Shown piece by piece: positions 59,996 through 64,000 of a stretch of 64,000 bases of DNA. The DNA is from an uncultured Desulfospira sp. (lineage in GTDB: Bacteria > Desulfobacterota > Desulfobacteria > Desulfobacterales > Desulfobacteraceae): the NCBI GenBank assembly GCA_963663165.1, contig OY760175.1, forward strand, positions 6,677,035-6,741,034, given 5' to 3'. How positions within the stretch are numbered: position 1 is the stretch's first letter; each line of letters opens with the position of its first letter. A model generated the notes under the pieces. The model saw nothing but the letters and a program-made list of their open reading frames with translations. It had not been told where the DNA came from and ran no database searches. The position numbers were made by a program, and so were the translations under genes.

Positions 59996-60295
59996 ATGCA
60001 TGTAATAGCCAGACCTCAATTGATACAGTTTTACCAGCGAGAAGGATGCAAAGATGCAAAAGGGCCTATTGATGCATGGTGGCATGAAGCCAAAAAAGCG
60101 ACCTGGCAATCCTGGCCAGAAATAAAAGCACAATATGGATCAGCCAGTATTTTAAAAAACAACCGTATTGTCTTTAATTTAGGAGGCAACAAGTACCGCT
60201 TGGTGGTAAAAATCAATTTTCCAACTCAGACTGTTTTTATCCGGTTCGTTGGGACCCATAAAGAGTATGATAAAATTAATGCGGAGGAAATATAA
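59996..60295 (+). CDS. higB: HigB-family mRNA interferase toxin
   Basis: MHVIA...AWW...W....IK..YGSAS....RIVFNLGGNKYRLVV....FIRFVGTHKEYDKI. Confidence 0.92.
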   Translation: MHVIARPQLIQFYQREGCKDAKGPIDAWWHEAKKATWQSWPEIKAQYGSASILKNNRIVFNLGGNKYRLVVKINFPTQTVFIRFVGTHKEYDKINAEEI

Positions 60296-61506
60296 TGATT
60301 AACAAACTTATAAAAACAGAAGAAGACTATAGTTTAGTTCTATCCCGCATTGAAGATTTGATGGATGCTGAAGCAAATACGCCTGAAGCGGAAGAGCTTG
60401 AACTGCTTGCCACACTAGTCGAGCTTTATGAAGATGAACATTATGCGATGGACACACCAGACCCTATAGATGCAATAAAATTTAGAATGGAACAATTGGG
60501 AGTCAATCAGCAAGGTTTGGTACCATTTATTGGCAGCAAGAGTAAAGTCTCTGAGATCCTAAATAAAAAAAGGCCACTAACTCTCTCAATGATGCGATCT
60601 CTTCATCAAAATTTGGGAATACCTGCTGAAATTTTCCTACAAAAAACAGTTGGGAGTTTTCCCAAGGCAATTCCCAATATTGAATGGCATCTCTTTCCAT
60701 TGAAAGAAATGTCAAAACGAGGGTGGATTCACCCAGCAAAGAACTTAAAAGACTCAGCTGAAGAAACGATACGGCTTTTTATTAACAATTGTTGTCCAAA
60801 TGGAGAAACGATTGAAGCTTGTTTTAGAGAAAATTCAGGGAATCGAACGAACGCAAAAACAGATAGTTATGCACTTAACTCATGGTGCATGAGGATCATG
60901 GCGCTTGCCCAAAAAAAATCTCTACAAAAAAAATTTAATCACGCAAATTTCACACCTGACAACCTTAGGGAGATAGCTAAATTAAGTTTTTTTGATGAGG
61001 GGCCCTTACTTGCCCGGGAGTTTCTCGAGAAACATGGAATCCATCTAATCATTGAAAGACACCTACCAAAAACATATTTGGATGGCGCTGCCTTATTACT
61101 TGAAGATGCAACACCTGTTGTTGGATTAACACTGCGATATGATAGAATTGATAATTTTTGGTTTTGCCTGCTTCACGAATTAGCCCATATTGTATTGCAT
61201 CTTGGCAAAGAAAATCAAAATTTATTTGTAGATGATATGGATGTCAGAATACCTGGAAAAGGAAAACAAAGCGATATTGAAGGCGAAGCGGATTTCCTTG
61301 CTATTGAATCTTTAATTCCGAATCAAGTTTGGTCCACGGCTGCTGCAAAATCAAATCCTACAAAAAAAAATGTGCTTGAATTAGCTGAATATCTAAAAAT
61401 TCACCCAGCTTGCATTGCCGGTAAAGTTAGATTTGAGCAAAATAATTTTCGGTTGTTATCCAAATTAGTTGGATCAGGTAAAATTAGGACTCTTTTCGGT
61501 GTCTGA
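60295..61506 (+). CDS. HigA-type HTH antitoxin fused to an ImmA/IrrE metallopeptidase domain
   Basis: PDPIDAIKFRMEQ, SKVSEILNKKRPL, TYLDGAA, RYDRIDNFWFCLLHELAH (HExxH). Confidence 0.9.
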   Translation: MINKLIKTEEDYSLVLSRIEDLMDAEANTPEAEELELLATLVELYEDEHYAMDTPDPIDAIKFRMEQLGVNQQGLVPFIGSKSKVSEILNKKRPLTLSMMRSLHQNLGIPAEIFLQKTVGSFPKAIPNIEWHLFPLKEMSKRGWIHPAKNLKDSAEETIRLFINNCCPNGETIEACFRENSGNRTNAKTDSYALNSWCMRIMALAQKKSLQKKFNHANFTPDNLREIAKLSFFDEGPLLAREFLEKHGIHLIIERHLPKTYLDGAALLLEDATPVVGLTLRYDRIDNFWFCLLHELAHIVLHLGKENQNLFVDDMDVRIPGKGKQSDIEGEADFLAIESLIPNQVWSTAAAKSNPTKKNVLELAEYLKIHPACIAGKVRFEQNNFRLLSKLVGSGKIRTLFGV

Positions 61507-61562
61507 TTTTTTACTAAAACCACCTTAAAATCTTATATTGAAACCACCTGTTTCTTAGAAAC

Positions 61563-61685
61563 GTTAAACAAGAAAAATGAACCGGATAAAGCCGGTTATT
61601 TTCAAAGTTCACGGACACCGTACACCGATCAATCAGACTGCGTCAGCTTGATCGGTGCACGGCGCCGGTCAGCACCGCGATTATG
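61563..61685. repeat. attC-like imperfect hairpin
   Basis: gacaccgtacaccgatcaa / ttgatcggtgcacggcgcc; top-strand A-C mismatches become G-T pairs on the bottom strand. Confidence 0.45.
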
Positions 61686-61797
61686 CTCCCACACCACCAA
61701 ATCAAAATCTCACACGATCTGGTGTGAAATACAACCTGCTTAACCCTGATGCTTCTTTGTCATTTTTTAATTGCATTACAAAAATAGTTTTGTTAAA

Positions 61798-61827
61798 TTG
61801 AGCGTGCTCAATGAATGAGCGTAATCA
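61798..61827. promoter_or_regulatory. Candidate TetR operator
   Basis: Palindrome TTGAGC-gt-GCTCAA and a second TGAGCGTAATCA just upstream of tetR. Confidence 0.5.
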
Positions 61828-61851
61828 AAATTACCATTTTTGAAGGGAACA

Positions 61852-62481
61852 ATGGATAGTAAAGAAACCAGTACCGGAAGCCGGAGGCTTATACAAAAAG
61901 AGGAGACGCGAAAAATCATCCTTGAGAGATCCCGGGAGCTTTTCAATGAGCTGGGTTTTGACAAAACTTCCACGCGGGCCATCGCAACACGGGCTGGTGT
62001 GGGCGTCGGAACGGTCTTCAGCCATTTTCCGGACAAGTCATCACTGCTTATTGCCGCATTATTGGATGATCTGACTTCCACCCAGGCAAACGCCATGAAA
62101 AGCATGCCCAAAGACGCTAATGTGTGTGACCGATTTCTTCATCTTGCCCGGTTTTTTTACACCTATTATTCAAAACGCCCTGATCTGTCCCGGACATTGT
62201 TAAAGGAACTCTGGTTTGTAAAAGGGGAATGGGGAGGGAAACTGACCACACAAGCTTTTGAATTCGTTCTTCTGGTCAGCAATATGCTGGAACAGGCAAA
62301 GGAAAGAAAGGAGATTCGGCCCGAAGCCGACACCCTCCTGTGCGCCAGGGCCTTTTTCTCTCACTATTTGATTGTCCTTTATGAAGGACTAAACAGTTCC
62401 GAAGTCGATGTAAAAACCATGCTCGACACACTGAAAGGTATGCTCAATCAGCTTCTGATCGGGGTGGGGCAAAACCATTGA
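61852..62481 (+). CDS. TetR/AcrR-family transcriptional regulator
   Basis: ETRKIIL...LFNELGFDKTSTRAIATRAGVGVGTVFSHFPDK. Confidence 0.92.
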   Translation: MDSKETSTGSRRLIQKEETRKIILERSRELFNELGFDKTSTRAIATRAGVGVGTVFSHFPDKSSLLIAALLDDLTSTQANAMKSMPKDANVCDRFLHLARFFYTYYSKRPDLSRTLLKELWFVKGEWGGKLTTQAFEFVLLVSNMLEQAKERKEIRPEADTLLCARAFFSHYLIVLYEGLNSSEVDVKTMLDTLKGMLNQLLIGVGQNH

Positions 62482-62498
62482 TATTAAAGGAAAATAAA

Positions 62499-63509
62499 GT
62501 GCAATTAAAATATATGTATTCGTTCTTTAAAACATTCAAAATACCAGGGCTTTTTTCCGTGTTTTCAGACTTTAAAAGGATCGTCAGATATCACTTTCTG
62601 TACGCTGCGGTTGAATCCGGGCTTCTTGAGGCATTGAGAATCCCTTGTTCCAGGAACGACCTGATTGAAAAACTGGAGGTTAAAAACCCGGACATATTGG
62701 ATGCCTTGCTCAAAGTCGGTATTTCTATTAAAGAACTGAACTGCAAAATGGATCGCTATGGAATCAGGGGTAAAAGATCTCGTGCTATGGTTGGTGCATA
62801 CGGGGATACCCTGTCAGCAATAATTCAGGCCAATGTGACTTATTATAACAATTCATACCGCCATGCTGCAGCCAGGATGAAAGGCGCTGCTTTGGGTGAT
62901 GACCTTAAATGGGCCGGTGATATTGTTGCAAGATTTTCTAAACTCTCAGACCCCGTGATCAATACGTTTCTGTCGGACATCGTGCCAACGGTTCCGGGAT
63001 TGCGGGTCCTGGACATCGGATGCGGATCAGGTCTTCTTTTAAAAAGCATTTCGCAAATTAATCCGGATCTGTCCGGCTTGGGGATTGACGTCGATGACGC
63101 CGCAGCCAGGCAGGCGATGCAGAATATGGAAAAGTGGGAACTTCAGGACAGGTTTGAGATTATCAAGGGGGATATCAGGGATCTGCCGGAAAATATCCCC
63201 CTTTTTGATCTGATTACCCTGGTTAACGTTGTATACTATTTCCCACTTGAACAGCGTCCCGAACTTTTCAAAACGCTGCGAGCCAGACTGGCACCCGGTG
63301 GTAGCCTTGTTATCATCATGAACATGCAGGGAAAAGACTCTGATTTCGGGGCGGCCAACCTGAATATGGCCAACGCTTCCATCCAAGGGGTCACATTGCT
63401 GCCTGATCCGGTGAGACTCAGGGAACAGCTTAGGGCGAGCGGGTTTTCAACCGTTAGAGTTTCAGACCTGATGCCGGGCAGTTCGTTCGTGGGTATGCAA
63501 GCAAAATAA
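62499..63509 (+). CDS. Class I SAM-dependent methyltransferase
   Basis: VLDIGCGSG, GIDVD, FDLITL, LAPGG motifs; N-terminal dimerisation-like region. Confidence 0.88.
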   Translation: MQLKYMYSFFKTFKIPGLFSVFSDFKRIVRYHFLYAAVESGLLEALRIPCSRNDLIEKLEVKNPDILDALLKVGISIKELNCKMDRYGIRGKRSRAMVGAYGDTLSAIIQANVTYYNNSYRHAAARMKGAALGDDLKWAGDIVARFSKLSDPVINTFLSDIVPTVPGLRVLDIGCGSGLLLKSISQINPDLSGLGIDVDDAAARQAMQNMEKWELQDRFEIIKGDIRDLPENIPLFDLITLVNVVYYFPLEQRPELFKTLRARLAPGGSLVIIMNMQGKDSDFGAANLNMANASIQGVTLLPDPVRLREQLRASGFSTVRVSDLMPGSSFVGMQAK

Positions 63510-64000
63510 AAATACGGGTGGATTTTGGTTTGACACTCACTTCAAGTAATTTCCAACAGCAAATATGCATCGGGTTTCTCCAGTGATGTAAAAAGTTATG
63601 CAAAGAACTTAATCAAAGGCAAAAGCATGATACAAGATAAAAGACAAATTCAAATCAAGGCACCTTCTCATGCTATCTTAATGGGTGCCACGGGGTCGGC
63701 CCAAGCATAATGAAATAAATAAAGCGAGTTAAATCATAAAAACGCCAAAAAAATGGCCTTATTATTGCTTTTTGAGGGCCAAAAAGGGCAATATAGAATA
63801 ACAAGAAGAATATCCAACAATCAAATGAGAATGGTCACAAAAAATCATGGAAAAATTGAAGATAATTTGCAAGATATGTCAGGTTTGAGGCAGAAGTTCC
63901 CCTGTTTATCTCGCAAATAATCGTGAAACTCCTGCCTCCCCACCCAATAACAGGGCAGGAGATATGCTATCAGAAGTTCTGAAAAACGAAAGTTTTTTTT

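Noticed and set aside
63510..64000. Gene or IS end in the AT-rich terminal region
   Set aside because: No ORF or repeat partner can be supported within the window.

Overview
Bacterial chromosomal window whose gene content (class III cytochrome c3, NIL-ferredoxin, corrinoid methyltransferase set, stand-alone EF-G of the 'SAHIDSGKT' type) suggests an anaerobic sulfate reducer of the Desulfobacteraceae type; this taxon call is an inference. Most of it is housekeeping DNA: slyD, a TRAP transporter, gloB, guaB, dnaE, djlA, mtaB-mnmA, fusA, a CNT/NupC-family transporter, rsmG, ileS-lspA-lgt-holA-pyk. There are two accessory patches. The first (about 4.7-6.6 kb) holds a MITE, a repeat array and decayed toxin-antitoxin/nuclease fragments. 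The second (about 54-64 kb) holds a truncated RelE-type toxin, a complete RIT-type triple tyrosine-recombinase element with exact ends and three extra genes, a HigBA module between attC-like hairpins, a TetR gene and a methyltransferase gene. The most striking unexplained signal is a structured, modular, non-coding repeat: TTATAwGAAA-[variable hairpin 1]-TTTC-linker-GTTrTGGrC-[variable hairpin 2]-GyCCrTGrC-nG-TTA(TA). It occurs 12 times, alone or in head-to-tail arrays of 2-5 units that share a TTATA junction. It shows compensatory base changes and swappable inner modules, and one copy cuts off a toxin gene. No rRNA, tRNA or CRISPR array was recognised. All calls come from reading the sequence; no searches were run.
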